Source of the DNA: a virus
Lineage: Duplodnaviria > Caudoviricetes
Strand: one strand, 5' to 3'
DNA: 64,000 nt
Virus record (IMG/VR): IMGVR_UViG_3300028591_000161
Span: 19,179-83,178 of that record
Under the pieces are notes generated by a model. The model was given only the letters and a program-made list of their open reading frames with translations. It searched no databases and was not told where the DNA came from. Positions 1-10,229 of the stretch are shown here, in pieces. The position numbers and the translations under genes are program-made. Within the stretch, counting starts at the first letter, position 1; every line of letters starts with the position of its first letter.

Positions 1-726
1 AAGAAAACAAAATTTGAGGATGTTAAGATTGAAATCCAGCACACAACATTCTTTGGAACAAGCATGTCCGGCGACAATAGAATGGAGAATTCTCAAGCTG
101 CTGCGATGAAGATATATGCGGATCCATTGATTAATGGATTTGATGAATTAAAATCAAACGGATATTCTAATCAAGCAAAGAGAAAGTATGCCACCGTTCT
201 TGAAGAAATTCATGAAAACTGGTTGGACACCGTCGACTATATCATCAATAATCGTATAATTGGTAAAACAATATACGTTACGTTTGGTGAGGTTGTCAAA
301 GTATTTGAACAGATGAAGCAAATCTTTGAAAATGATGTAAAAGAATCAAAGAAGTCGTGCGATGCTATCAATCAACTCATTAAAAAAATTAACGATGAAT
401 ATGATACATTTAATTCTGCCGGCGTTCCGGGACAGGCTGGTATGTCGCAAGGAGAATTATTAATGTATTTGAAAGACGTCATCACAGTATTGTCTAACAT
501 CGTTGAGATGGCTTCGCGTTGTCTTGAAGGCTGGGAGATGATATGGAACATCAATTGGAACGCTGTTCAAGATGTACTCAAAGATGATAATTTCAAAAAT
601 GATACACATCCAACGTTCCATATGCCATTCATTAATAGCTACACTCATCCGGTATATGATGGATGGGAAAACAAAATACGCAAGGATCTCAACAGATGGA
701 AACACACACCCATGCCCGCGAAGTGA
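1..726 (+). CDS. Hypothetical protein, 5'-truncated by the window edge
   Basis: Frame is open from nt 1 (KKTKFEDVKIEIQH...) into the ORF-track ATG at 64 and ends at TGA 724-726; directly upstream of the endolysin RBS AAGGAGG. Confidence 0.75.
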   Translation, partial: KKTKFEDVKIEIQHTTFFGTSMSGDNRMENSQAAAMKIYADPLINGFDELKSNGYSNQAKRKYATVLEEIHENWLDTVDYIINNRIIGKTIYVTFGEVVKVFEQMKQIFENDVKESKKSCDAINQLIKKINDEYDTFNSAGVPGQAGMSQGELLMYLKDVITVLSNIVEMASRCLEGWEMIWNINWNAVQDVLKDDNFKNDTHPTFHMPFINSYTHPVYDGWENKIRKDLNRWKHTPMPAK

Positions 727-754
727 AATTAATCATATAAAGGAGGAATAACAC

Positions 755-2941
755 ATGGCAAAACCGAGAAAGACGGAAAACCCTGATGAGGTCATCAAGT
801 GGATGAATCCGGATATGGAAGAGGAAACGACGTCCGGAAAGGGTGATGATGAAGACCTCGATGCAACGCCGGAAGGTGTTGGTGCTGGTGGATTTACCAA
901 TTCGCCCCTGGTGACATACACAAAGCTGTCACCATTTAAGAACTCTCCAAGAAACCAGCCGATCTCAAAGATCATCATTCACCATATGGCAGGTGTTGCA
1001 TCAGTTGAATCATTCGGTACAATTGTCACAACACCTGGACGCGAGATGTCTGCGAACTATGCAATCGGTAATGATGGACGGATTGGTCTGTATTGCCCTG
1101 AAGAAGACAGATGCTGGTGTTCTTCTTCTGCATGGGTGGATAACCGTGGCATCGCAATCGAAGTATCAAATTCCAAGCTTGGTGAACCATGGCCGATCTC
1201 CAAAAAAGCATGGGATTCGATGATTGCGTTGTGCGCAGATATCTGCAAGCGCAACAATATTCCGAAGCTCACATATACTGGTGACAAGGAAGGATCCCTC
1301 TGTTTCCACAGATGGTTCGCGCCAACAGGTTGTGTTCCGATCGATACAACAGAAGTGCTGACACCGACCGGTTGGGTTCCAATTCGGGATGTACAGATCG
1401 GTGATGTGATTGCAACGGTATCGCCACAAGATTTCTCAATCCGGTTCGACAAGGTTGAGAACATGGTTCCTGTTCATAAGGATACCATATTCAATCTTCG
1501 TGGCATGGATATCACAAAAGATCATCGTATTCTGTATTCCGTGGAAGGTGGTAGTGGATATCATCTGAACGAGTATCAGAAGGTCGCAGAAGGACAGATG
1601 CTGAATATTCCTGAAGCAGGTATCTATGACGCCAAAGGCATGGATATCACATCATCACAAATGATATTCCTGCTCGAGATGCAACGAGTTGGAATGTATG
1701 ATGATGAATTCCATACACTCGAATTCGCATATATATCCGAACAACAGGTTGGATATATGGACGGGCTTCTGAAGAATCTCGAGTATTCATTCACACGAGA
1801 ACAAGACGACCTGGGTCCTGTTAGATTCGTTGTCACTGATCCGAGAGCATGGAATCTTTGCATCTCCTATTTGTCAGGAAGCGATTTCAACTGGAAATGG
1901 TTGGAGATGAATCCAACACAGTTCTCGTATTTCATCTACAAGGCAACATCTCATGTGCGTACAGGATGGACCCGTCGGTACACATCTAATTCAATGACGA
2001 ATATCGATATCGTTCAAGCAATCTGTGCTTTGAATGGACGTGGAACGGAATTTGATCCCGAAACGAATTCATTGTATGTGAAGAATGGATATCGTCAGGT
2101 ATCGACAAAGGAAGCTCGCACAACTGATGACGTCGATGTTGCATGTGTAACCGTCAAGTCCGGATGCTTCCTGATGCGTCAGCATGGAATGACGACTCTG
2201 ACAGGTAACTGCCCTGGTGAGTACATTTATTCACGTGCACAACAGATTTGCGATGAAGTCAACGCGAAGTTGGCTGAAATGCCTGAACCAACACCTGAAC
2301 CGGATCCTGAACCAGTGCCGGTTCAAATCAAACCTGGTGTGCTGGTATCTGTGAAAACAGGTGCAAGCTATTACAATGGTGCAAAGATCCCTGACTGGGT
2401 CACAAAACAAAGATGGTACGTAACATCAGTATCTGGTGATCGTGCTGTACTTGGCAAGAATGAAGCTGGAAATTCCAATATCAATTCACCGGTTTCAACC
2501 AAGAATCTCACCGTTGTCCAGAACGCATCTGCACAACCGGAAACAAAATTCATGCCATACTTGACAAAGCTTGCTGCTGGCACAAATATCTATGACATCA
2601 ATACTCTGAATCTGAAAGGACAAATCATGATTTCGACGGCATATACAATTGTCGAAGAGACTGTTCTGAATGGTGCTAAGTATGGTAAGTTGAAATCGGG
2701 TGCAGGATGGGTTCGTCTGGGATCCGATACTACTCAGCCTGTTGACAATACGATTCATCCCGGTGATAAAGTGTCTGTCATAAGTAAAGATGGAACTGCT
2801 CCTACATATGAAGGTGGTTCATTCCATGTTTACGAGAAGGAATATACCGTTCTTCGTGTCAACGGAGATCGTGTCGTGATTTCTTCGGATGGGAAAAATG
2901 TGACTGCTGCCGTTAAGGCATTGAATTTGATCAAAAAATAA
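755..2941 (+). CDS. Endolysin: N-acetylmuramoyl-L-alanine amidase (Amidase_2) with internal intein, Pro/Glu linker and C-terminal SH3b-like cell-wall-binding repeats
   Basis: RBS AAGGAGG. Amidase motifs TNSPLVTYTKLSP, IIIHHMAG, SANYAIGNDGRIG, NRGIAIEVSN, FHRWF...CPG. PEPTPEPDPEP linker. SH3-like segments (YGKLKSGAGWVRL; WYVTSVSGDRAVLG; YTVLRVNGDRVVI). Confidence 0.9.
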   Translation: MAKPRKTENPDEVIKWMNPDMEEETTSGKGDDEDLDATPEGVGAGGFTNSPLVTYTKLSPFKNSPRNQPISKIIIHHMAGVASVESFGTIVTTPGREMSANYAIGNDGRIGLYCPEEDRCWCSSSAWVDNRGIAIEVSNSKLGEPWPISKKAWDSMIALCADICKRNNIPKLTYTGDKEGSLCFHRWFAPTGCVPIDTTEVLTPTGWVPIRDVQIGDVIATVSPQDFSIRFDKVENMVPVHKDTIFNLRGMDITKDHRILYSVEGGSGYHLNEYQKVAEGQMLNIPEAGIYDAKGMDITSSQMIFLLEMQRVGMYDDEFHTLEFAYISEQQVGYMDGLLKNLEYSFTREQDDLGPVRFVVTDPRAWNLCISYLSGSDFNWKWLEMNPTQFSYFIYKATSHVRTGWTRRYTSNSMTNIDIVQAICALNGRGTEFDPETNSLYVKNGYRQVSTKEARTTDDVDVACVTVKSGCFLMRQHGMTTLTGNCPGEYIYSRAQQICDEVNAKLAEMPEPTPEPDPEPVPVQIKPGVLVSVKTGASYYNGAKIPDWVTKQRWYVTSVSGDRAVLGKNEAGNSNINSPVSTKNLTVVQNASAQPETKFMPYLTKLAAGTNIYDINTLNLKGQIMISTAYTIVEETVLNGAKYGKLKSGAGWVRLGSDTTQPVDNTIHPGDKVSVISKDGTAPTYEGGSFHVYEKEYTVLRVNGDRVVISSDGKNVTAAVKALNLIKK
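1331..2209 (+). mobile_element. Intein (293 aa) in the endolysin amidase domain, probably with a degenerate LAGLIDADG-type central region
   Basis: Block A CVPIDTTEVLTPTGWVPIRDVQIGD (Cys codon at 1331), block B ITKDHR (TxxH), block F DVACVTVKSGCF, block G TTLTGN followed by +1 Cys (TGC 2210). Excision restores HRWFAPTG-CPG. Confidence 0.9.
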
Positions 2942-2946
2942 ATGAA

Positions 2947-2971
2947 ATGGGGTGGCTGTACGCCACCCCAT
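2947..2971. terminator. Bidirectional intrinsic terminator
   Basis: ATGGGGTGGC-TGTAC-GCCACCCCAT between convergent genes ending at 2941 and 2980. Confidence 0.75.
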
Positions 2972-2979
2972 TCATCGCA

Positions 2980-3285
2980 TCAGTTTCGGTATGTAATCTC
3001 TGTGATATCTCCATCACGCAGTGCGCGGATAGAAATTACACAGAGACCTGTTCCCGAATGATCGAACTGAGTATACCAACCGATCAGAATTGCATCCATC
3101 TCAGCGGTGTCGACGATGACACGGATACGATCCCCGTTTGTGTATACCCAGTTTCCGTTACAAAAATCCATTCGTTCACGAATGGATCCATTTATAAACG
3201 TGATCCGGTTGCCACGGATCACGCATGTCATCCCCATAATTGATACGGGAATGAAAGGGATCTCTAATGTTTCTTTGTTCTTCAT
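2980..3285 (-). CDS. Hypothetical protein (101 aa)
   Basis: RBS AAGGAG 10 nt upstream; fills the gap between terminator and divergent intergenic region. Confidence 0.7.
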   Translation of the reverse strand: MKNKETLEIPFIPVSIMGMTCVIRGNRITFINGSIRERMDFCNGNWVYTNGDRIRVIVDTAEMDAILIGWYTQFDHSGTGLCVISIRALRDGDITEITYRN

Positions 3286-3312
3286 CTTTTTTAGTCTCCT
3301 TTTTATTTTTCT

Positions 3313-3385
3313 TGAGTACGTTGTCGGAGGTACTCATAATAATGATATATATACGAAAATAATGATTTTGCGTACACATATTATT
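3313..3385. promoter_or_regulatory. Divergent promoter region with ATATAT motifs and a 7-bp leader hairpin
   Basis: TGAGTAC-N10-GTACTCA (3313-3336), ATATATATA (3345-3353) and ACATATTATT (3376-3385) between divergent genes. Confidence 0.45.
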
Positions 3386-3458
3386 TGCGCGATGACCCAA
3401 AAACTATCTAACAATCCATATTGGGTTTATCAAAAATATTGAAAGTGAGGACTATGAT

Positions 3459-5291
3459 ATGGCCGAGCTAATCAAATCACAACCTCCACGTCCGATGAAA
3501 TTTGCACCGGATACATTACTCTTTGATGTGCGATATTATCGGCGGAGCAAGGATAATGCAGAATGTTTTGAAATCATCACATGGAATCCGGTGACACAAA
3601 CACTCGAGGTTGATTATGAGGATCCAATCATTGATATCTGGTTTTTGAAACCGGAATTCCGAAATAATAAGTATCAGATTGCACAAGTAGACATGGATAA
3701 ATGTTATCCATTCTATTGTAGGCCATCGCAGGTAGCGGCAGTTATTGCACAGGAGATCGGTGGCGAATGGGCAGATTGGTATCAACATAATAAAGACCAA
3801 TACCCACGAAATGATGTCCAGCGTCATATGTGTGAATGCCCATGGGTGTTTGCTGCAGACTTTGAACCACCTGTTTATTATAGACTGCGATGGTTCGAGC
3901 AGTATGGAAAACAGATCGACTTGACAAAAGTATCTGACAGCTATCTGGATATTGAGACCGATGTCATTGACCGCGAAATCAACATGAAAGATATCTTCAA
4001 TTCACCGCATCCTGTGAATGCAGTAACATTGATTCTTCCACATGTTAAAATCGCGGTATTGCTTGCATTGGGCCCGAGACCAAAGCACAAGATCGACAAG
4101 AAATTCTGGGGTCTGTTGGAAATGCAGCAAAAAGAATATGAATGGGTCATTTCCCATATGGATGAATTCAAACGAATGTTACGCGAAGATGATCCGGATA
4201 ATATGAAATATCTGGAAGGGTTTGATATTCGGGTACACATGTTTGAGTTTGATGATGAAATCAAACTGATCAAGACTGTGTTTGATTATATCAATAAATA
4301 TCGTCCGATGTTTGTTGAATCATGGAACGGCAAGTTTGACCATCCAAGACTGTGGCATCGCATTGAATATCTCGGATATGATCCAATCGACATTATGATT
4401 CCAAAGGAATTCAAAACGAAACGACTGTTCTATCAGGAAGACCAATCTGGTAACTTCCAGATGAAAAATTCACGTGACTGGTTCCATACATCTACATATT
4501 CAATCTATATCTGCCAGATGAGATTGTTTGCAGCGATCAGAAAATCGCAACAAGAACGACGGTCATATTCATTGAACTCGGTTGGTTCTGAAATGTGTGG
4601 AATCGTAAAGTTAACCGATACGAAATCTGGCTCATTCCGTGTGTTCGCATATACCGACTATATCAAGTTTCTCTTATATAACTTCCGTGACGTGGTTGTG
4701 CAGTATGCAATTGGTGAAACGACACATGATACACAGACACTCGTATCCCGTTCATTCAACTTTGCAACAGCATATCCGAAATGTTTCCAAGAGACACATA
4801 TCGTTCGGAATGCACGCGAATATTACTATCGGAAGTTTTCCAAGAAAGTACAAGCTTGTCGTCTGATTGTTGATAAGGACCGTGACACCGCATTCAAAGG
4901 CGCATTTGTTGCACCGCCTGAAAAGAATGCACCGACGGGTTTGATCTTAAATGGTAAGAACCATAACAACATCATATTCGGAGCGTTGGATGCTGATGCT
5001 GCATCATATTATCCGTCCACAAAGATGGGTATGAACATGGATCCGATGTCATTGTTGTACAAATGTATCATCATGAATGATCGGTTCCAAAACGGTGAGT
5101 GTACGAATCGTTCTTTGTGTCAGGTATATGAATGGTATGATTCAAAGAACAAACCACATCCGGAAGATATGTCCGGACCGATTATCAATGCATTCAAGAA
5201 TGGAAATCCGTGTTCATTGATGAATAACTGGTTTAGTCTTCCAACCGTATCGGAGTATTTCCAGTTCCTTGATACATGTGATACAAAATAA
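3459..5291 (+). CDS. Family B DNA polymerase, N-terminal subunit (3'-5' exonuclease plus motif A) of a split polymerase
   Basis: ExoI YLDIETD, ExoII WNGKFDHPRL, ExoIII LYNFRDV, motif A LDADAASYYPS; motifs B and C are absent here and occur in 49175-51106. Confidence 0.85.
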   Translation: MAELIKSQPPRPMKFAPDTLLFDVRYYRRSKDNAECFEIITWNPVTQTLEVDYEDPIIDIWFLKPEFRNNKYQIAQVDMDKCYPFYCRPSQVAAVIAQEIGGEWADWYQHNKDQYPRNDVQRHMCECPWVFAADFEPPVYYRLRWFEQYGKQIDLTKVSDSYLDIETDVIDREINMKDIFNSPHPVNAVTLILPHVKIAVLLALGPRPKHKIDKKFWGLLEMQQKEYEWVISHMDEFKRMLREDDPDNMKYLEGFDIRVHMFEFDDEIKLIKTVFDYINKYRPMFVESWNGKFDHPRLWHRIEYLGYDPIDIMIPKEFKTKRLFYQEDQSGNFQMKNSRDWFHTSTYSIYICQMRLFAAIRKSQQERRSYSLNSVGSEMCGIVKLTDTKSGSFRVFAYTDYIKFLLYNFRDVVVQYAIGETTHDTQTLVSRSFNFATAYPKCFQETHIVRNAREYYYRKFSKKVQACRLIVDKDRDTAFKGAFVAPPEKNAPTGLILNGKNHNNIIFGALDADAASYYPSTKMGMNMDPMSLLYKCIIMNDRFQNGECTNRSLCQVYEWYDSKNKPHPEDMSGPIINAFKNGNPCSLMNNWFSLPTVSEYFQFLDTCDTK

Positions 5292-5310
5292 AGAAAGGAA
5301 GGATGCCTTT

Positions 5311-7584
5311 ATGACAGACGAATACTTTGACGATATTGAGAGTATTGAACTCGGAGACATATCAAAGCGATATATGTGTTTATATGGATGGAACATCATC
5401 CTGCAAAGAGCAATCCCGATGCTTACTGACGGTTTGAAACCGTTGCACCGAAGAATCATGTGGGCATTGTATGAGAAGAACGGTGGAGACAAGATGAAAG
5501 TTGCAGAGATTCAGGGTTTGACGATGCGTTATTCGCCACACTCTGAATTGAACACGCGTTTCACGATTGCAGGTTTGGTCCAACCGTTCTCGAATAATGT
5601 ACCACTCATGACGGCAGACTCCGGTTTTGGTTCTTCCATTATGGGTGTTGATGTTGCTGCTGCGAGATACTGGGAAGCAGGAATCTCCCCGTTTGCTAAA
5701 GAAGTATTCTTCAAAGAATTCGATTCCTCAGTAAATATGAAAGATTCATATGACGGAAAATATAAAGAACCTATCACATTTCCCGCACGTTTTCCAGTGA
5801 TCCTTCTGAATGGATCGAATGGAATTGCATATTCCATGTCATCCAATATTCTCCCGTATAATATCAACGAAGTCGCTGATGCTACCATCAAACTGTTGAA
5901 GAATCCAGAAGCCAAAGTGCATCTGATACCAGATTCACCAACATGCTGTGATGTTATCAAGCGTGATGATACCACATTTGTTTTCCAATCAACATACGAT
6001 ATTGATACCGTGAATTACACGATATCGATTATGAACACCCCACCTGGTGAATATATCCATGTGATTGATAAAGCTTTGCGTGCAATTCAGGATTCACCGA
6101 ATCCAATCAAAGAGATTATCTCTCCGGATAATGAGTGTGAACTCACTGAGGACATCTTCAAGTATGTGATTCGTTGTAAACCGTGTAATCTGTATCAAGT
6201 CATCGAGACATTGTTCCGACGTGTCCCTGGATTCAGAATCACGGTATCTACACGAAACTGTTCTGTGATTGATCCACAATTCAGGACGCAATACTACAAT
6301 GAGCGTCAAATCCTGTTAGCGTGGATTGCCAACCGTTTGAAAGAAAAACGCTCATGGTTCCTGCGCAAGCTTGTTCATGTCCAGACGATGTATAACATGA
6401 TGGAAGGCAAACGGTTTATGTTGTCACCCGAGAATCTGAATAAGACGATTAAAGTATTCCGCAAATGTGAAGATGAGAATGAGATCGTTCAAGCGTTGGT
6501 ACAAGCGTACAATGGTAAAGTTTCCACTTCACAAGCAAACTTCGTATCGGGTTTGAGAATGTCCAAATTGACCAACGGCGAATACAAAAAGACTGTGGCT
6601 AAGATTGAAGAACTTGATGAACAGATCACAAGTCTGAAAGCAATCGTGAACAGTCCGGAATGTATTCGCGATAAAGTCATTGAAGACATTAAGATGATTC
6701 GAGAGAAGTTTGGTCATCCGCGTCGTTCTAAGATTCTGAATTTGAAGGACGGAATGACAGCGAATATCTCAACATGCCAGATTCTGAAGGACGGCACAGT
6801 CCTGTTCTCTGAAACAGAAAATCCGAATCATTTCGCGTCTGATGTAACTCCGATCAATGGCGATGAAGTTTGTCTGATTGATCAATATGGTAAGACATTG
6901 TGGGTGAATGTGAATAAGGTTCCGCATGACAGTCCAATTGCATTAACAGCAATCGGGAAAGAACCGATGGGTGCGTGCATCGCAGTAATTCCCAGATCTT
7001 CAAGATCCATTGTCATGCTCACAAATAAGGGGCGTATTAAACTGATGCCAATCGAGAAGATTCCATCAAATCAATCTAGAAAGCCATTGATTCCGTTGAA
7101 CAATGGCGAATATCTGGTATCTATTTTGAATGTCGATGGTTCTTCCGAAGACCTTCTCGTATACACGTCTGATGGTTTTGGCAAACGTTTCTCCGTAACA
7201 GATTTGAACTCTGTAAATTCTCCTGATGCGCAAGGACAGTTCATTGTGAAGGATTGTGATGTCGCTGGTATCTTTGTACTCAATCCGAATAAACCGTACA
7301 TTTTCTATGCTACAAAGCTCGGAAGGGTTCGGTTGAACAACAGTCGCTTCCTTGTTGCTACCAAGAAATTCGGAGGAATGAAACCGATCATCAAACTCTC
7401 TGCACAGGACGATCTGATTGCCGTATTCTGCACGGATAAAGATCAGACGGTGACGTTATATCATGAAGACGGTCGAATCTCATCCGTGAATATCGATACC
7501 ATGGATCCAGTCACGATGAATACGCCTCCAGCAAAACCCAAACATGTCCCAGGTGTAAGAGTGATACGCGCAACATTATCGTGA
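5311..7584 (+). CDS. gyrA: Type IIA topoisomerase subunit A (GyrA/ParC-like) with C-terminal pinwheel-like repeats
   Basis: RAIPMLTDGLKPLHRRIMWAL, YSPHSE (usual YHPHGD), AAARY catalytic Tyr, FPARFPVILLNGSNGIA, FGHPRRSKI. Start moved to ATG 5311 after AAAGGAAGG. Confidence 0.9.
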   Translation: MTDEYFDDIESIELGDISKRYMCLYGWNIILQRAIPMLTDGLKPLHRRIMWALYEKNGGDKMKVAEIQGLTMRYSPHSELNTRFTIAGLVQPFSNNVPLMTADSGFGSSIMGVDVAAARYWEAGISPFAKEVFFKEFDSSVNMKDSYDGKYKEPITFPARFPVILLNGSNGIAYSMSSNILPYNINEVADATIKLLKNPEAKVHLIPDSPTCCDVIKRDDTTFVFQSTYDIDTVNYTISIMNTPPGEYIHVIDKALRAIQDSPNPIKEIISPDNECELTEDIFKYVIRCKPCNLYQVIETLFRRVPGFRITVSTRNCSVIDPQFRTQYYNERQILLAWIANRLKEKRSWFLRKLVHVQTMYNMMEGKRFMLSPENLNKTIKVFRKCEDENEIVQALVQAYNGKVSTSQANFVSGLRMSKLTNGEYKKTVAKIEELDEQITSLKAIVNSPECIRDKVIEDIKMIREKFGHPRRSKILNLKDGMTANISTCQILKDGTVLFSETENPNHFASDVTPINGDEVCLIDQYGKTLWVNVNKVPHDSPIALTAIGKEPMGACIAVIPRSSRSIVMLTNKGRIKLMPIEKIPSNQSRKPLIPLNNGEYLVSILNVDGSSEDLLVYTSDGFGKRFSVTDLNSVNSPDAQGQFIVKDCDVAGIFVLNPNKPYIFYATKLGRVRLNNSRFLVATKKFGGMKPIIKLSAQDDLIAVFCTDKDQTVTLYHEDGRISSVNIDTMDPVTMNTPPAKPKHVPGVRVIRATLS

Positions 7585-7598
7585 AAGGATGAGGAACA

Positions 7599-7823
7599 AT
7601 GAGAAACCCCTTCAGATTCGGAAAGAAAATGCCAAGATCAAAGATCAACACAGATTCGGCAGGTCACAGTGTGTTGACAAAGACTGCGGATTTCAAAATG
7701 TATGCAATCCGTTCAACTGAAAACGAAGATGAGCTGTTAGGTGCTATCTTATTGACAGAAGCACAACAGCTCGAGTTGAACAAAGCCATCAACGAGAAGG
7801 GTATCAAATTCACGAGGAAGTGA
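7599..7823 (+). CDS. Hypothetical protein (74 aa)
   Basis: RBS GAGG, tightly packed in the operon between topoisomerase and helicase. Confidence 0.7.
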   Translation: MRNPFRFGKKMPRSKINTDSAGHSVLTKTADFKMYAIRSTENEDELLGAILLTEAQQLELNKAINEKGIKFTRK

Positions 7824-7828
7824 TGTAA

Positions 7829-9370
7829 TTGTCATTTAAGGTGACAATTCGTGCGACGTCCATAACGGTGCAACCGGGACAAGAATCATTACTCCCGTTA
7901 GCACCGTTATTGGATATGCATGAGTATGAAGACGAATACCAACAGACAACAAAGGTACTGGGGTATATGTTGGACGAGACTCATGATGTATTGTATCTGC
8001 ACAAAGGTGTTGACATTGATTATCTTCGCAGATTGCTAAGTGATGTTGAGTTCGCATATGATCCATATGACTCATACAAAGAAATGAATTATCAATTCGA
8101 AGAAGCATTCCCACCCAAGAATGAAGACCAAGAAGATGTTATCAAATTCTTATCCGGTAAACCACCATATCATGAAAATATGAAAGAATCGCAGATATTC
8201 TTGGTAAAGGTGGGAGGGTTCGGCAAATCGTTCTGTGCAGGATATGCAATGGGTGAACTCGGAATGAAGACATTGATTATCATGCACCGTGATAGTCTTC
8301 GTTCACAATGGGTCAATTCGCTATATGATCTAAATGGATATTCATCGAAGGAAGTACACGAATTAACATCGTCAGGTGAATTGGAAGCGATCGCAAATGG
8401 GCAACTAGAATTAGATTATGATATCTATCTAATGACACATGCAACATTCCAAGCAGCATGTAACCGAATTCGTGATTGTGAGAAGATTCATAACATCACA
8501 AAGAATCTTCATATTGGATTGAAGATCATCGACGAGGCTCACCTATATTTCAGAGACACATTGTTGATGGATTTCTTGTTCAATGTGAAACGTAATGTGT
8601 ACTTGACGGCAACAGATGGTCGCTCATCAAAAGATGAAGATGCTATTTTCCGGCATGCTTTCTCTAAAGCAGTCTTTTATCGAAAGATATCCGTTTCAGA
8701 TGAAAAATCACATCCAGACAAATGGGTTGAATATATCACGGTTGATATCAATACAAAATGTCCAACCAGTGTTTACAAGTATCGCGTAAATGGTGGTCGG
8801 GGCATGTCAGCTGTATCGTATGGCAAATGGGTTATTCAACGTGATAAAAAACAAACACACTTCAAAGTGTGTCGTGATATTTTGAAGACTATCTATGAGA
8901 ACGAACCAAGTGCGAAAGTGATCATATTCATGCCTCTGATTGATTTGTGTACAGACTGTGCATATTTCCTAAATATGGAATTGAGCAATGATCCATCGTT
9001 CGAATATTCGCTCGACGTTAGGACAGTGAATTCTCACAATTCCAAATCAGAGAATGAATACAACAAACGCTCTGCAGATGTGATTGTCACTACTGTACAA
9101 TCACTCGGAACAGGTTCAGACATCAAAGGAATCACGGACATCATTAATTGTTCGCCGATCGTTTCGAAAATTGTTGTGAAGCAGGTTTTGTGGCGTATTC
9201 GATACATTCCGAAACCGTGTCATTACTATGACATCGTAGATGTATCTGTTCCAATGGATCGACATTGGTGGAGTTCCCGCAAACGAACACTAGAAGCGAT
9301 GACGACGAAATATTCTCATATTGCATGGGTTGAGGAGGACTCACATGACACCGATCAAGTCAATAACTAA
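7829..9370 (+). CDS. Superfamily 2 (DExH) helicase
   Basis: Walker A VGGFGKS, Walker B IIDEAH, motif III LTAT, motif V TTVQSLGTGSDI, motif VI QVLWRIR. Confidence 0.85.
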   Translation: MSFKVTIRATSITVQPGQESLLPLAPLLDMHEYEDEYQQTTKVLGYMLDETHDVLYLHKGVDIDYLRRLLSDVEFAYDPYDSYKEMNYQFEEAFPPKNEDQEDVIKFLSGKPPYHENMKESQIFLVKVGGFGKSFCAGYAMGELGMKTLIIMHRDSLRSQWVNSLYDLNGYSSKEVHELTSSGELEAIANGQLELDYDIYLMTHATFQAACNRIRDCEKIHNITKNLHIGLKIIDEAHLYFRDTLLMDFLFNVKRNVYLTATDGRSSKDEDAIFRHAFSKAVFYRKISVSDEKSHPDKWVEYITVDINTKCPTSVYKYRVNGGRGMSAVSYGKWVIQRDKKQTHFKVCRDILKTIYENEPSAKVIIFMPLIDLCTDCAYFLNMELSNDPSFEYSLDVRTVNSHNSKSENEYNKRSADVIVTTVQSLGTGSDIKGITDIINCSPIVSKIVVKQVLWRIRYIPKPCHYYDIVDVSVPMDRHWWSSRKRTLEAMTTKYSHIAWVEEDSHDTDQVNN

Positions 9371-9722
9371 AATTACGATGCGTTATTTGACACGATTGCA
9401 TGCGGTGATGCTTTTTATGGCAATCCCATGGATATTATATATGATTCTCGATATCATGTATGGTTCATTTATGAATAATCATGGTATCGAGAAATCATTG
9501 ATCGTGTTACTCGCATATATGATTATCTGGAAATGGATGACGCATTATCTGAAAAAGAAATCGTTGTCAGATATTCTTGACTATAACAAACTGCGCGACG
9601 AAGAAAATCATGAATTTGCAAAGCTTGTTTTGGAAGGGAAACTTTATACAGATAATCGTATCTTGGATATTGTCAGAGAAATGGGCAAAATCATGATAGA
9701 AGAAGAACGTAAGAATGATTAA
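9345..9722 (+). CDS. Hypothetical membrane protein (two hydrophobic segments)
   Basis: RBS GAGGAGG before ATG 9345; two hydrophobic stretches in the N-terminal half. Confidence 0.7.
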   Translation: MTPIKSITKITMRYLTRLHAVMLFMAIPWILYMILDIMYGSFMNNHGIEKSLIVLLAYMIIWKWMTHYLKKKSLSDILDYNKLRDEENHEFAKLVLEGKLYTDNRILDIVREMGKIMIEEERKND

Positions 9723-9746
9723 CAGTGGGGCAAAAGCCCCACTGTT
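9721..9746. terminator. Bidirectional intrinsic terminator
   Basis: AACAGTGGGGC-AAAA-GCCCCACTGTT between convergent genes. Confidence 0.8.
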
Positions 9747-9755
9747 AATATACAC

Positions 9756-10229
9756 TCATTCTACTGGAGTGTCAGTTTTGTCATCAGCATAGACATTCGG
9801 CGGGTCTGAAGTATCCGGGAATCGAATCGAAGGATCAAGCTCTTGGAGCTTATTCTCGAGCCATTCACGATATCGTCTGTTGTCTCCCTCGACCCACGAC
9901 ATAAGAGAAGACAACTTGTGGTTCAGGTCCTTGACGGCGGCATCCAATACAGAATTGGATTCTTTGAGTTTGTCGATCTCTTCATGGAGAGATTGAATCT
10001 CGATTTTCGCCGATTCCCGGAACTCACTGAATTGCTTTTTCGTATCTTCATTCAATTCTTTGAACGACTTCTTGATGTATTCCATCTCAGTCTGTTCATT
10101 TGCAACGCGGGCAGCATCCGCTTCGGCTTTATATTTTCTATATTGGAAAATAGCGGTTAGTGTGGCAGCGATGCCTGTACCACCACCGATCGTACCGATG
10201 AGAACTGCAAGAGCGTTAATTGATTCCAT
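9756..10229 (-). CDS. Single-TM coiled-coil membrane protein (possible lysis accessory)
   Basis: N-terminal Gly-rich TM (LAVLIGTIGGGTGIAATLTAIF) then heptad-rich segment; RBS GAGG before ATG 10229; late-type motif upstream. Confidence 0.7.
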   Translation of the reverse strand: MESINALAVLIGTIGGGTGIAATLTAIFQYRKYKAEADAARVANEQTEMEYIKKSFKELNEDTKKQFSEFRESAKIEIQSLHEEIDKLKESNSVLDAAVKDLNHKLSSLMSWVEGDNRRYREWLENKLQELDPSIRFPDTSDPPNVYADDKTDTPVE

